Assembly (NCBI GenBank): GCA_963727805.1
Contig: CAVSHF010000003.1
Span: 1,888,001 to 1,952,000 of the forward strand
DNA: 64,000 nucleotides
DNA from: an uncultured Nitrospiraceae bacterium
GTDB taxonomy: Bacteria > Nitrospirota > Thermodesulfovibrionia > Thermodesulfovibrionales > Dissulfurispiraceae
Direction of reading: 5' to 3'
The translations under genes were made by a program, and so were the position numbers. The notes under the pieces were generated by a model, which did not search any database, was not told the DNA's origin, and was given only the letters and a program-made list of their open reading frames with translations. Of this stretch, positions 63,244 through 64,000 are shown one piece after another. Numbering within the stretch: position 1 is the stretch's first letter; the number at the start of each line of letters is the position of its first letter.

Positions 63244-64000
63244 TTGAGCAGAATCGAAAAGGCTCTGGAAAAAGCAATCCAGATGAGGCAATCAACCAAG
63301 ACTTCTTATCCTGAACGGGAAAATAATGTTGAATTAAAAGGACCATCCTCACTGCCGGAATTTCAAATCAGGGAAATCATGATTGATCCATCCACGGTAG
63401 ATCGGCATGTGGTATGTATTACAGACCCGCATTCTGCCGCCTCCGAACAGTACCGTAAGCTAAGGGCGCGCATACTCGCAGCCACAAAGCAGGATTTTCA
63501 CAATACCATTATGGTGACTAGTGCCGATGTTGGAGAAGGAAAGTCAATAACCTCGATAAATTTTGCCGTTGCCCTAGCACAGGAAATGGATCACACTGTT
63601 CTGCTGGTCGATGCCGATTTAAGGAAACCTTCGATCCATAGATATCTCGGTATAAAAGCGGATCGCGGCTTAAGCGACTATCTATCTGGGAAGGTGGACC
63701 TGTCAGACGTTCTTATACATACAGGGATCGGCAAACTGGTGCTTCTGCCGGCGGGCACGCCATCCCGGAACCCGGCTGAGCTCCTCTCTTCCAATCGTAT
63801 GAAGGACCTTGTGCAGGAGATGAAACACCGTTATAGCGACCGGTATATTATCTTTGATACATCGCCCGTGCTTGTATCAGCCGATGCGATCTCGATGAGC
63901 AGTCATGTCGACGGAGTTCTTTTTGTCATTTATGCGGCAAAGACTCCAGAGCATACAGTTAAAAAGGCGATCGGGCTGCTTCAAAGCGCCACCATTCTGG
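63244..64000 (+). CDS. Polysaccharide biosynthesis tyrosine autokinase (partial, runs off the window)
   Basis: TTG start MSRIEKALEKA after SD GGAGG; EQYRKLR, GEGKS, LLVDADLR, IIFDTSP. Confidence 0.9.
   Translation, partial: MSRIEKALEKAIQMRQSTKTSYPERENNVELKGPSSLPEFQIREIMIDPSTVDRHVVCITDPHSAASEQYRKLRARILAATKQDFHNTIMVTSADVGEGKSITSINFAVALAQEMDHTVLLVDADLRKPSIHRYLGIKADRGLSDYLSGKVDLSDVLIHTGIGKLVLLPAGTPSRNPAELLSSNRMKDLVQEMKHRYSDRYIIFDTSPVLVSADAISMSSHVDGVLFVIYAAKTPEHTVKKAIGLLQSATIL

Overview
A 64-kb chromosomal window from an anaerobic diderm bacterium. The gene content (sigma-54 systems, GSU3473-type and short PilZ proteins, TauE/TIGR02186/USP operon, PEP-CTERM-type EPS cluster) suggests Nitrospirota or Desulfobacterota, but this is inference. 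Contents in order: a two-component/sigma-54 controlled TauE-USP operon; ilvE, nitroreductase, cysteine synthase; an ArsR-TolC-MFP-RND-DUF2892 operon; a diguanylate cyclase; a sigma-54 operon HTH-porin-amtB-glnK; a thioredoxin-reductase fusion; assorted membrane and redox genes; a NifA-like activator coupled to an orphan ParA; HD-GYP, RNA helicase, pgi, ettA; an Asr-like secreted repeat protein; thioredoxin; and the start of an EPS cluster. I found no rRNA, tRNA, CRISPR array or intact mobile element. Two candidates stand out. (1) A DUF1573 gene split by an in-frame TGA at the first Cys of the CGC motif, a likely UxC selenoprotein that the ORF track truncates, divergent from thioredoxin. (2) A possible nitrogen-regulatory circuit: a stand-alone 67-aa protein resembling the NifA DNA-binding domain heads the porin-amtB-glnK operon, and related ACA-N4-TGT boxes occur both at that sigma-54 promoter and over the nifA promoter. 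Several decayed genes (msrA, DUF4337) and repeated signs of leaderless transcription are also visible. All family calls come from motif recognition by eye, not from database searches.
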